Shown: in pieces, positions 23,136 to 32,765 of the stretch | Position numbering within the stretch: the first letter of the stretch is position 1 | Layout of the letters: each line of letters starts with the position of its first letter | From: an uncultured Planctomycetaceae bacterium | GTDB lineage: Bacteria; Planctomycetota; Planctomycetia; Isosphaerales; Isosphaeraceae | Length of the DNA: 64,000 nucleotides | Assembly: GCA_963833985.1 (NCBI GenBank) | Contig: CAWIAD010000002.1 | Coordinates: 3,456,001-3,520,000, forward strand | Direction: 5' to 3' | The notes under the pieces: generated by a model | Database searches by the model: none | What the model saw: only the letters and a program-made list of their open reading frames with translations | Told to the model about the DNA's origin: nothing | Program-made: the position numbers and the translations under genes

Positions 23136-23165
23136 TTGAATCACCAGAGTTGTGTTGACTATAAT
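23136..23165 (+). promoter_or_regulatory. sigma70-like promoter TTGAAT-N18-TATAAT
   Basis: perfect -10 TATAAT at 23160-23165, about 70 nt upstream of the FHA gene. Confidence 0.55.
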
Positions 23166-23232
23166 GCGTTCAACCTGGCAGTTCGTCTAAGCCAAGAGTC
23201 TGCCACTGGTTTCGTCCACGGGACTTGCCTTC

Positions 23233-23838
23233 ATGACCGCACGACTGGTGGCCCTCGACGAAGGACCTGACATCGTGCTGGATCGAGCCATGGTCGTCGT
23301 TGGCCGGCATCCCGCCTGCGACGCCCGCCTCGATTCGCTTCGGGTCTCCCGGCATCATTGCTGTATGATGCAGGAGAGTGGCGACGTCGTGGTGCGTGAC
23401 CTGGGAAGCACCAACGGGATCCGGATCAACGGACAACGGGTCGAGATGGGAAGGTTAAGACCTGGAGACGAGCTATCTATAGCACATATCCGCTATCGGC
23501 TCGACAACGGACAGGCTCACGACCAGACCCTGGCCGAGCCCGGCGACCCGTTTCCTCTGCCGCCGGGCGGACTGCCGGGCGGACTGCCGGGGTCGGCCCC
23601 GCGTCCCAATCATCTCGGCCCGAAAATCGACGGTTTCCCACCGGACCAGCCACCGCTCGGACCCTTCCCGGCTGACGAGAAAGCGATGGCGGCCGCCGTG
23701 CGAAGGATGCTCCCGTCGGCTCTCGCGGACAAGTATCAGATCAAGGTCATCGTGCAGCTTCCCGAGGAAAAGCCGATCAACGGTGCAGTCCCCTTGCCGG
23801 CGCCCGAGTTACGGGCCTCGGAGAACGTGGCCGAATGA
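23233..23838 (+). CDS. FHA domain protein with Pro-rich tail
   Basis: VGRHPACD...VSRHHC...DLGSTNGIRING. Confidence 0.9.
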   Translation: MTARLVALDEGPDIVLDRAMVVVGRHPACDARLDSLRVSRHHCCMMQESGDVVVRDLGSTNGIRINGQRVEMGRLRPGDELSIAHIRYRLDNGQAHDQTLAEPGDPFPLPPGGLPGGLPGSAPRPNHLGPKIDGFPPDQPPLGPFPADEKAMAAAVRRMLPSALADKYQIKVIVQLPEEKPINGAVPLPAPELRASENVAE

Positions 23839-24274
23839 ATTACCAGCTCGTCCCCGCCGATCAGGGCGTCTCCCCGCCGATTCCCGTGCACCGTCCCGTC
23901 TTGCTCATCGGCCGCCATCCCGAATGCGACTTCCGGATCAACCTTCCCAAGATTTCCCGCCGCCATTGCTGCGTTGCCCTGGCCTACGATCGAATCCTGG
24001 TGCGCGACCTGGGCAGCCACAACGGCGTGCGCGTGAACGGCGCACGGTGCAGGAAGCCATCCTGCACGCAGGTGACGAGGTCGCCATCGGCCCTCTCATC
24101 TACCGGCTGGTGGCCGAACCGGCCGCCCCATCTCCCCCCGCGAGCGGGGGTGCCCGTCCGGCGGCTGCCGGCAGGCCCGCCAGCCCCGTCAAGGCCGCGC
24201 CCGCTCCAGCAGTTGGCCCTGCGCAAGAATCCGAGGACAACGACGTCGACCTCGTCCCTCTGGACGATGATTGA
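23835..24274 (+). CDS. FHA domain protein, frameshift at ~24042
   Basis: IGRHPECD...ISRRHC...DLGSHNGVRVNG; LHAGDEVAIGPLIYRL in the next frame; ATGA overlap with the upstream gene. Confidence 0.85.
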
Positions 24275-24293
24275 CTCACTCCGGCACGGAGCT

Positions 24294-24302
24294 TGCTATA
24301 AT
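24294..24302 (+). promoter_or_regulatory. extended -10 promoter TGcTATAAT
   Basis: TGn-TATAAT consensus; TTGACT at 24271-24276 (20-nt spacer); upstream of the 24534 gene. Confidence 0.45.
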
Positions 24303-24533
24303 TACTTTTGAGCGCCGAATGGTTCGGTGGTCCGCCGTACCGGGGCACGCTCGCGGATCTTGCGATTGAGCGCACTTAATCTCAGGACCAGCGGGCCGTA
24401 TGATTAGTCGATGTGGATCAACGACCTTTACCGGAGCTGGCCGGGTCTGCCCGGAACCGCCAGGTAACTCGGCCGCTGTGTCCGAGGTCCTCGAGCGCGG
24501 GTCACGATCGATCACATCCGAGGGAGTAATTCC

Positions 24534-25661
24534 ATGCACCGCAGGTTGACGTTGGCGTTCTGCATAACCGTCTCGCTGGTCGCGCTCTCGGGCCAGGCGC
24601 GGGCGCAGTGGGGTTATGGCTTCTATCCGTACGGTTATGGCGGCTTTGGATGGGGTGGCTGGGGCGGGACGGCACAGGGCAGCATTGCCCGGGGCCTTGG
24701 TTATTTCAACATGGGCGCCGGCATCTACAACCGGGAGACCGCGGTTGCCAGATCGATCAATACCGACACCATGATTCGCTGGAACCAGTACGTCTACAAC
24801 TCTCAGCTCGAGGCGACGCGGCACTACTTTGCCCGGCGTGACGCGCACCTGGCCCAGGACCGGGATGCGTACAACGCCCTGCTGAAGAGGCTCCAGGAGA
24901 CCCCGAACGCCCACGACGTGCAGAACGGCGACGCGCTGAACGCAGCGCTCGACCAGCTTTCCGATCCACGCATTGGCATCTCCGCCCTGCGTACGGCCGA
25001 CACGACCCTCTCTGCCCGGTCGATCCGCGAGATCCCCTTCCGCAACGCCTCGGAGGCCGTCACCTTCAGCCTGGCACAGCTCAAGAAGTCATCGGAGTGG
25101 CCGGCGGTCCTGCTGGAAACCCGGTTCGCCACCGAACGCAAGGAGTTCGAGGACACGGTCGACCAGATCAACAAGGAAAACAACGAGAGCGAGCAGATCT
25201 CGCCCAGGACGATCACCAGGCTGCGCAACGTCGCCGGCCAGCTCAAGAACAAGCTCGCCATCATGCCGCTGGACGACTCGGCCGAGAACCAGGAAGCTCT
25301 CAAGTTCGTGAAGACCGTGACCGCCCTGGCCCGACTGCTCGAAAAGCCCGAGATCGACGAGGTCCTCAACGAACTGAAGAAGATCGACAAGACCACCGTG
25401 GGTAACCTCCTGGCGTTCATGCAGACCTTCAACTTGCGGTTTGCTCCCGCGAGCACCGCGCGGCAGCGTGCCGCGTACAACGAGCTTTACCCGGTCCTGG
25501 CCCAGACCCGCGACCGCATCCTCGGCGAGGCCAAGCTGGACAACCCCTCGGACAAGGCAAACAAGGCGAAGGTGCATGACTTCTTCTCCGCCATGGACCT
25601 GGACCAGATCGAGGGCAAGAAGAAGCAAGCTCCCGCTCCTCCCGAGCCGCGCCAGCCGTGA
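24534..25661 (+). CDS. secreted hypothetical protein (Gly/Tyr-rich N-terminus, helical body)
   Basis: signal peptide ending ARA-Q; RBS GAGGGAG; strong codon bias. Confidence 0.85.
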   Translation: MHRRLTLAFCITVSLVALSGQARAQWGYGFYPYGYGGFGWGGWGGTAQGSIARGLGYFNMGAGIYNRETAVARSINTDTMIRWNQYVYNSQLEATRHYFARRDAHLAQDRDAYNALLKRLQETPNAHDVQNGDALNAALDQLSDPRIGISALRTADTTLSARSIREIPFRNASEAVTFSLAQLKKSSEWPAVLLETRFATERKEFEDTVDQINKENNESEQISPRTITRLRNVAGQLKNKLAIMPLDDSAENQEALKFVKTVTALARLLEKPEIDEVLNELKKIDKTTVGNLLAFMQTFNLRFAPASTARQRAAYNELYPVLAQTRDRILGEAKLDNPSDKANKAKVHDFFSAMDLDQIEGKKKQAPAPPEPRQP

Positions 25662-26355
25662 CCGGTTCGTGAGCGCATTTGCCGCATGGTCGATCGCATA
25701 CGGGTGCCGCGTGCGCCGACGGCTCTCTATAGCCGCCTCGGTTCTCGCGGCACCTCGGCGCGCCGGGCTGATCACATCAGGAACCGGATCGAGCCAGCAA
25801 CCCGACCTCCGGGTTCAAGCGTCAATTCGCTGGGATCGACCACGCCCGACTGCACCTGGACCTTCCCCGCCATGGCGAAACCGGTTTCGGATCGTGGATG
25901 AATCGCATGTAACGGCCCGGCGCAAGGTAGCCGACGCAAAGGTTCCCCGATCGTCAAAGAGTGCGCGGCGTACTGCAACATTGGGCTCTCTCAACACGCA
26001 AAACAACTCGATGCGGTTGTAAGAATCGTTCTTCGGGGCGGGCACTTTCCCGTGATGCAACCGCCCCCAGGCCGACGCTGGGGATCCAGCGCTTGCCAGT
26101 CCGGCGTGGCGAACGCCAGTGGTTCCCTGGACACGGGAACCGGCTCCACGCGGAAGAGCGGCGGGCGTGGTCTGCCCCGCGACGACCAGCACCGACCATT
26201 CGAAAGAACCCACCACTTCGAACGCCTGGTAGGAAAGTTCACGTCGGCGTGGATGTTCTTCCCTTGTTTGTGTCAAAGCGCCTGATTAGACTCTGGCGGT
26301 CGCACCTCGCGAATCCGTCCCTGTCCCTGCTCGAGTCGCCCGTCGCTGGTAAACC

Positions 26356-27684
26356 ATGGCCGACCCGGTCGATATCCTGTTCGTCTCGGCCAACGCACGC
26401 GCGCTGCCGCAATTGCAGCTCGACGCGGAGTTCCGCGATGTGGAGGAGATGCTCAAGCGATCCGCCTACGGAGGCACCGTCCGGCTCATTCCCGTGCTCG
26501 CGGCTCGCTCGACCGATCTGCTCAAGCGCTGGCTCGAGCACGACCCTGAGGTCATTCATTTCAGCGGCCACGGAATTGCCGCGCAGGGGCTGGTGTTCCA
26601 GAGAGCGGACGGCAACCAGGACGTCCTCCACCCTCAAGTTTTCCTGGACCTGATCCGGGCGCTCCAGGGGAGCGTTCGCGTCGTGGTGCTGAACGCCTGC
26701 CACTCGGACGATCTGGGCAGGAGCGTCGCGGAGGTTGTCGGCTGCGCCATCGGCATGGACGGAGCCATTGCCGACGCGCAGGCGATCGTTTTTTCGGCCT
26801 ATCTCTACCTTGCGCTCGGTCACGGAAGGTCCGTGCGGGATGCGTTCGAGATCGGGCTTGCCGCCCTGAAGCTGGGCGCTGCTGCCGATGATCGTGTCAT
26901 CGACCGGGATCTCGTGCCTGCCGGCTCCGACCCGGCGGGAGGGGCTACAGAGACCTCGATCCCCCGACTCTATTGCCGCCCGGGACTCGATCCGGCGCAG
27001 CTCACGCTCTGCCGGAAGCCAGTGCCCCGGGTCTGGCCGCCCCGCGCCGCGGCGTTGGCTCTGCTCATGAGCCTGCTGGCGATCGTGGGAGTCGAAGCGA
27101 ATGCACGTCGTGCCCGCGTGACGCTCTCGGTACCCAGCCCGGCGGTCCAGGACGAATACCTGCTCAAGGCCACTGTCTATCGCCAGGGACGGTTTGATCG
27201 CCTGCTCGACGCGATCCCCTTGCGGCAGGGCGATGAGATCAACCTCGCCGTCTCCGTCGAGAACGGTCTGCTGCCGTCGCTCTTCTGGTTTGATACCGAA
27301 GGAAAGCTCTATCGATTCGAGTTCGAGCCGGCGGCCGGCGGCGCGGCGGGCACCCGGAGGTATGCCTGGCCGGGACCTGATCGCTATCAGCCTCTGGGCG
27401 GGCCATCTGGTACCGAGCTTCTCCTGGTCTGTGCCACCCGGACCGGCACTCCTTCCGAGGAAGCGGTCAGGGACGCGCTCGCGGGTCCCGCACCCTGGCC
27501 GGAGCTACCCGGCGATTCGATGCTTGTGCTCGAGAGAGACGAGGTTCGGATCGTTTCGCCCCGGGGTCCCTCGGGCGCACCGCAAGTACGTCGTGAAGAC
27601 GCGATCTCCAGAACCCAGCAGCTTCGAAGAGAACTGGCCCGCGCGTTTCCCATGTTCTCCGGTGTTGCATTCCCCCATCGTTGA
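26356..27684 (+). CDS. CHAT domain - TM - DUF4384-like protein
   Basis: ILFVSAN...LQLDAEFR, IHFSGHG, VVLNACHS; hydrophobic segment AAALALLMSLLAIVGV; PLRQGDEI...LFWFDTEG...GTELLLV. Confidence 0.8.
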   Translation: MADPVDILFVSANARALPQLQLDAEFRDVEEMLKRSAYGGTVRLIPVLAARSTDLLKRWLEHDPEVIHFSGHGIAAQGLVFQRADGNQDVLHPQVFLDLIRALQGSVRVVVLNACHSDDLGRSVAEVVGCAIGMDGAIADAQAIVFSAYLYLALGHGRSVRDAFEIGLAALKLGAAADDRVIDRDLVPAGSDPAGGATETSIPRLYCRPGLDPAQLTLCRKPVPRVWPPRAAALALLMSLLAIVGVEANARRARVTLSVPSPAVQDEYLLKATVYRQGRFDRLLDAIPLRQGDEINLAVSVENGLLPSLFWFDTEGKLYRFEFEPAAGGAAGTRRYAWPGPDRYQPLGGPSGTELLLVCATRTGTPSEEAVRDALAGPAPWPELPGDSMLVLERDEVRIVSPRGPSGAPQVRREDAISRTQQLRRELARAFPMFSGVAFPHR

Positions 27685-27746
27685 CTGGCACTCTCCGCCG
27701 GCAGCGTGCTCGTTTCTGCGTCACGGTCGCCCTTGGGAGCAAGCCT

Positions 27747-30700
27747 ATGCCGTCGCGTTGTTCATGGCCACTCGCCGCACGAGTCCTGTCGAGAGGTGTT
27801 CTGCTGCTCGCGATGAATCTCGAACCGGGCGCCAGGAACGCTCTCGCCCAGCCGGGTCCAGCGGCGGAAATGCCCCGGATGGGCGGTGCCCAGGTTGACC
27901 AGATGCTCGCCGCTCAGGCGGAGCAGATCAAGTTCGCTCTGATGACACTCAAGAACGATCCTGAGACGCCCAAAAGTTTGGTCGCCGGTCTCCAGGAACA
28001 GCTCTCGACGAACTATGAAAAGCTGGGAAGGCTTCCAGAGGCAAAGGCCGCCATCGAGGAAGCCATCCAGACCGAGATCGCAGCGCACCAGAACCAGCAG
28101 CACTGGCACCTCGTCAGTGCACGAGCCAGGAAGAAACACGTCGACCTGCTCATGAAGCTCGTCGAACGCCCGGACAAGCGGGATCTGCTCACGACGATCA
28201 AGACCCTCCGGGGGAACGCGAACGACGAGAGCGGAAAGTCCAACCCCGCCGGTTTCGCCACGGGCGTGGAACAGATCGGTGCCATCTACAAGCGGGAGCT
28301 GGGTGATGACGATGCGGTTTACATCGAGAGCCTGGAGGCGAGCGCCGCCACCCGGCTGGCGATCGGTCAAGCCGCGGAGGCCCGCCGTCTCTGCCGTGAG
28401 ATGCTCGACGCCCTGAAGAGAGCAGTCGGCGAGCATCATCCTGAGTATGCGTCCGGGTTGTTCTACCTCTCCCAGACCTACGATCCGCTCACCCAGTACA
28501 ACGTGGTCCGCGACATTCTGCTGGTGGCTCGGTCGGTCTATCAGGAGCAGGGAGTCAAGGAGACGAACCCCGAGCATTTCCAGGTGCTCACCAACCTGGC
28601 GCAGATCGCCATGTCACTCGGAGATGAACGCCAGGCGCTGGAGTGCCTCTCGTCGGCCGCCGCCGTGGCCGCCTGGCTGAGAGAGGAACAGCCGCTGGAC
28701 ATCGCGATGTCGAGCTCGGCCGCCCTGGAGCTGGCCTATGACTACGCGGTGCTCCGTCGCCCGGACCTCGCGCTGCCGTTTCTCAAGCAAAGTCACGACA
28801 TCCTCGAAAAGCTCTCGCCCCTGGAGCGGGTCTCCCCCGAGTATGCGGCCCAGGCCATGCAGTGCGCCCTGGCCTACATGGGAATCCGCTCGTCCGATCC
28901 GGCCGAGCAGGCCAGGATGCTGGCCACCGCCCGGACGCTGTTGCGCAGAGCCTCCAACATCTGTTTCAGTCTCGCGACGGCCGATCCCGCCACGGACTAC
29001 CTGCCGAACATCACGATCCTTGGTTTATTGAATACGTTCGTCGGCGACAAGGCCAACGCCCGCAAGGCCGTGGACCTTGGGTTGGAGCTGTGCAAGAAAT
29101 TCCCGGCGGAAAGAGCGGATTACGAGTGGCAGCTCCAGAGCACGAAGGCGATGTGCCTGCAACTGGATGACCAGTTCGCGGACGCGGAGCAGGCGGCCAG
29201 CCAGGGAGTTCAGTTGCTGCGCAACGACCTGGCGGTCAAGCAGTTTGTCCAGACCGAGGGGCAGCAGCTCGCGCTCCTGGAGTTCAGCCGGGGAACCCTC
29301 GACTACTACCTGAGCCTGACACAGCGGAGCGGCACGCCCGCCCAGAACGTCTATCCTCTGGTCCTGCCATGGAAGGGGTCCGTCTTTGCCCACCAGCGCT
29401 GGCTCAGGCTGATGCAGCAATCGTCGGCCCTGACGAGTCTCTACCAGAAGTGGAGCGGCCTCATCGGCAAGCTCCCGAGCCCGGTCTCGGGACCGGCGCC
29501 ACCGAGCCCGGCGAGCACCGAGCAGATCGAAAACTTCCAGCGCGAGCTGAACGCGCTGGCGTCCAGTATTGCTCCAAGCAACCCGAGCCGCACCATCGGC
29601 ACCACGGTCGAGGAGGTTCAAAAAGCACTGCCGCCCGGTGTGCTGCTCGTCGACTTCCTTGAATATGACAAGGGTTTGCTGCCGAAGGAGTCGATCATGA
29701 ACGCCGCCCCAGTACCCTGGCTGACGGCGTTCCTGGTACGAAACGACGAGGTCACGCGGGTGGAGATCGGTCCCGCCGCTCCCGTTCGCCAGGCCGTGGA
29801 TCAGTGGCGTCAGGCCATCGGAGCCGATCTCGCGGCCAGCCGGGCCCGGGCCGGCCGCGACCCGGGGCAGGCCGTGACGCCCGTGGACCCGGCGGCATGG
29901 CAGAAGCCCGCTCAATGGCTGCATGAGAATGTGTGGAAGCAACTCGGACCGTTCGTGAGAGAGAACGACGTGCTGCTCATCTCGGCCGACGGTGCGCTGG
30001 CGCGGTTCCCGTTCGCCGCCCTCCCCGGCGCGAGCCCCGGCAGGTACCTCATCGAGGATCACGCCATTGCCATGATGCCCGTTCCCCAGTTGCTGCCCGC
30101 GCTGCTGGCCGACGAGGGGAAGTCCCTGGCCGCGGACTCCTTGTTGCTCGTCGGTCACGTCAATTACGGCCAGGTCAAGCGGAAGGCGGGCAATCGCATC
30201 GCTCCAATCAAAGACATCGCGCGCCTTGACCCCGACAGGGCAGGGCTGAGGGCGCCCGCTCCCCTGGCCGACGGCTCGATCGTGTGGGAAGACCTCAAGG
30301 AGACCGACGGCGAGATTCTCAAGATCGGGGCGGAATTCGAGCGGTCCCACGAGCGCGCTCCGGTCCCCCTGCGACTGGACGGGAAGAAAGCCACCGAGGA
30401 AGCCTTGAAGCATCAGGCAAGCCGGTTCCGGTACATCCACCTGGCGACCCACGGCTTCTTCGCCCGGGTGGACGCGGGAGAAGCCGGTCAGCCCGATTCC
30501 GGATTCACGCTCTATTCGCCGTACCTGGTCTCGAAGAAGGTGGGGGGCTGGCACCCCGGCCTGCTCTCCGGAATTGTCATGGCGGGCGCCAACGAGCCCC
30601 AGGATCCGGGCCAGGATAATGAGATCCTCACCGCCCTGGAGTTCGCCACGATCGACCTCCGGGCGACCGACCTGCTGGTGCTCTCAGCCTGCGAAACCGG

Positions 30701-31019
30701 ACTGGGCCCGACGGCCGGAGGTGAAGGACTGCTCGGGCTCCAGCGCGCCTGCCAGGTCGCCGGGGCCCGGACGGTGATTGCCAGCCTCTGGAGAGTTCAG
30801 GACCGGAACGCGCGCTCGCTCATGGAGGACTTCTACGTGAACCTCTGGCAGGGCAAGATGTCGAAGCTGGAAGCCATGCGGCAAGCCCAGATCAGTGCGA
30901 TCAAGGGAGGCCTGGAACGCGGACCAGACGGCGCGGCGCACGCGCGGAAACCGTCCGAGCCGTATCGCGCACCACCGTCTGTATGGGCCGCCTGGATCGT
31001 CTCCGGCGACTGGCGGTGA
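27747..31019 (+). CDS. TPR-CHAT (caspase-like) protein, probably exported
   Basis: TPR-like repeats (GEHHPEYASGL), ISADGALARFPFAAL, IHLATHG, LSACETGLG, IASLWRV, WAAWIVSGDWR; signal-like N-terminus ending ALA-Q. Confidence 0.9.
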   Translation: MPSRCSWPLAARVLSRGVLLLAMNLEPGARNALAQPGPAAEMPRMGGAQVDQMLAAQAEQIKFALMTLKNDPETPKSLVAGLQEQLSTNYEKLGRLPEAKAAIEEAIQTEIAAHQNQQHWHLVSARARKKHVDLLMKLVERPDKRDLLTTIKTLRGNANDESGKSNPAGFATGVEQIGAIYKRELGDDDAVYIESLEASAATRLAIGQAAEARRLCREMLDALKRAVGEHHPEYASGLFYLSQTYDPLTQYNVVRDILLVARSVYQEQGVKETNPEHFQVLTNLAQIAMSLGDERQALECLSSAAAVAAWLREEQPLDIAMSSSAALELAYDYAVLRRPDLALPFLKQSHDILEKLSPLERVSPEYAAQAMQCALAYMGIRSSDPAEQARMLATARTLLRRASNICFSLATADPATDYLPNITILGLLNTFVGDKANARKAVDLGLELCKKFPAERADYEWQLQSTKAMCLQLDDQFADAEQAASQGVQLLRNDLAVKQFVQTEGQQLALLEFSRGTLDYYLSLTQRSGTPAQNVYPLVLPWKGSVFAHQRWLRLMQQSSALTSLYQKWSGLIGKLPSPVSGPAPPSPASTEQIENFQRELNALASSIAPSNPSRTIGTTVEEVQKALPPGVLLVDFLEYDKGLLPKESIMNAAPVPWLTAFLVRNDEVTRVEIGPAAPVRQAVDQWRQAIGADLAASRARAGRDPGQAVTPVDPAAWQKPAQWLHENVWKQLGPFVRENDVLLISADGALARFPFAALPGASPGRYLIEDHAIAMMPVPQLLPALLADEGKSLAADSLLLVGHVNYGQVKRKAGNRIAPIKDIARLDPDRAGLRAPAPLADGSIVWEDLKETDGEILKIGAEFERSHERAPVPLRLDGKKATEEALKHQASRFRYIHLATHGFFARVDAGEAGQPDSGFTLYSPYLVSKKVGGWHPGLLSGIVMAGANEPQDPGQDNEILTALEFATIDLRATDLLVLSACETGLGPTAGGEGLLGLQRACQVAGARTVIASLWRVQDRNARSLMEDFYVNLWQGKMSKLEAMRQAQISAIKGGLERGPDGAAHARKPSEPYRAPPSVWAAWIVSGDWR

Positions 31020-31150
31020 GCCGGCCTGCGCGCCCCGGTTCCAGACCGCTGCGACGGCGGATCGACAGGCGAAACCGAGTTCGCTAGAATGGGACTATTG
31101 TCAGAGGCTGCCGTCCGACAGGTCGCGGATTCGCTTTCGGGAGGCCTTTC

Positions 31151-31933
31151 ATGTCGCCAGGTGACTCCGTCGTTGGCCGGTCGCAACGGCCGTCTCCCGC
31201 GGCCAGCGTCGGCTCGGGTTTCTCGCGGGTCTATCTGTTTTGTCTCAGGGGGCTGGCGGCCGCGGTTGTGACCGCGGGAGTCCTGGAACTGATCCTGGTT
31301 GCCGGGAACGGCATCCTGCTGCTGGGGGAGCTGAGCGGGCCGCTGGGACTGATCGGCATCGTCACGATTCATATGGCGCGGTTCCTGAACAGCATGGTCC
31401 TCGTGCCGCTGAATGACCCCATCATCTTCTGGACTCGATCGGAATGGATGATCCGGACTGCTGGAAGCAGTCGTGAATACTTCGTCGGCATGACGGCCGC
31501 GCACGTTTGCCTAGGAATGCTCAACATCCTGATCGGGTACGGGCTCTGGCTGCGGCGCCCGCGGGCGAGAACCGCGCTGTTGTGGCTCATGCTCATCGCC
31601 GGGGACCTGGCCGCATTTCATGGAGCCGTCCTACTCTTCGGGGGACCGGCCTGGAAGACCTACGGCCTGATCGCGCTGCCGCTGGCGGTGCTGGTGGCCT
31701 TGCCGATCATCGTGTTTCTCATGCTGCCTGGAACGGCCGCCCTGTTCCACGATCACGGTCCGGAGCCAAGAATCGCCCACGGCCGCCGTCCGTGGTGGCT
31801 CTTGTCAATGCAGTTCCTGGCTGGGCTACTCGTCCTGGCTCTGGGTATCGGAGTGTTGCTGCTCTGGCAGCTTGGCCCACTGGTCGAGGTTGCCTGGGCC
31901 GGCACGCACATCGTCGTGGGCTGGACGCTCTGA
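31151..31933 (+). CDS. membrane hypothetical protein
   Basis: several hydrophobic segments. Confidence 0.7.
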   Translation: MSPGDSVVGRSQRPSPAASVGSGFSRVYLFCLRGLAAAVVTAGVLELILVAGNGILLLGELSGPLGLIGIVTIHMARFLNSMVLVPLNDPIIFWTRSEWMIRTAGSSREYFVGMTAAHVCLGMLNILIGYGLWLRRPRARTALLWLMLIAGDLAAFHGAVLLFGGPAWKTYGLIALPLAVLVALPIIVFLMLPGTAALFHDHGPEPRIAHGRRPWWLLSMQFLAGLLVLALGIGVLLLWQLGPLVEVAWAGTHIVVGWTL

Positions 31934-32035
31934 CGAGCGACCCGGCCGGCCGCGATGCCCCGGAGTTGATCGTCTCCCGTCGCCGTGTTAGTCTCGCCAT
32001 GACACTCCTGCTTTCCCCTGGCGAGGCAACGAACG

Positions 32036-32731
32036 ATGAGCACCCTGATCCGCACGACGGCCGCGTCGATCGCCTTCCTGTTCCTGTCGCTGGGTTCCGC
32101 GCAGGCGGGCCCGCCGCAAGGGTCAACCACCTCGTCGAGCGGCTGGCGTGCCCTGTTCGACGGCCGCAGCCTGGACGGCTGGGAGCACGTCGGGCCTGGC
32201 AAGTTCGTCATCGAGGATGGCGTGCTGCGTACCGAAGGGGGCATGGGCTTGCTCTGGTACACCCGCGAGAAGTTCGGCGACTGCGTGCTCCGCGTCGTGT
32301 ACAAGACCGGCGCACCACGCTCCAACTCAGGGGTCTATATCCGGATTGCCGACAAGCCCGGGGATCCCTGGTATGCCGTGCACCACGGCTTCGAGGTCCA
32401 GATTGCCGACGGCGGCCGCTCCCGGCGCGGGACCGGCTCCATCTACACGTTCGCGGACACCGCGGCCCAGCCCGCCAGGGCCGGCGAGTGGAACACCCTG
32501 GAAATCACCCTCAAGGGAAACCAGATCCGCACCGCGATCAACGGCGTGGCCGTGTCCGAGTTCGACTCCAGCGCGCTCAAGCCCCAGCCCACCGAGGCCA
32601 CCGGCGAGGGGGACCCCGCACGCGGACCGCGGCCTCCCTCGGGCTACATCGGCCTCCAGAACCACGACGCCAGCTCGGTGGTCCTCTTCAAGGAGGTTTC
32701 CGTGCGGCCGCTGGCATCGCCGGCACCGTAG
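32036..32731 (+). CDS. DUF1080 (3-keto-disaccharide hydrolase-like) secreted protein
   Basis: LFDGRSLDGW, NSGVYIR, FEVQI, GEWNTLEI, GYIGLQNH. Confidence 0.9.
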   Translation: MSTLIRTTAASIAFLFLSLGSAQAGPPQGSTTSSSGWRALFDGRSLDGWEHVGPGKFVIEDGVLRTEGGMGLLWYTREKFGDCVLRVVYKTGAPRSNSGVYIRIADKPGDPWYAVHHGFEVQIADGGRSRRGTGSIYTFADTAAQPARAGEWNTLEITLKGNQIRTAINGVAVSEFDSSALKPQPTEATGEGDPARGPRPPSGYIGLQNHDASSVVLFKEVSVRPLASPAP

Positions 32732-32765
32732 CGGCCCGTTGCAGGAACAGCCGCAATGGCCGATC

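Noticed and set aside
24303..24533. Riboswitch or ncRNA in long intergenic regions (also 7020-7690, 22510-23130, 25665-26350, 44415-44870)
   Set aside because: No recognisable conserved RNA motif by eye; an Rfam/Infernal scan would be needed to decide.
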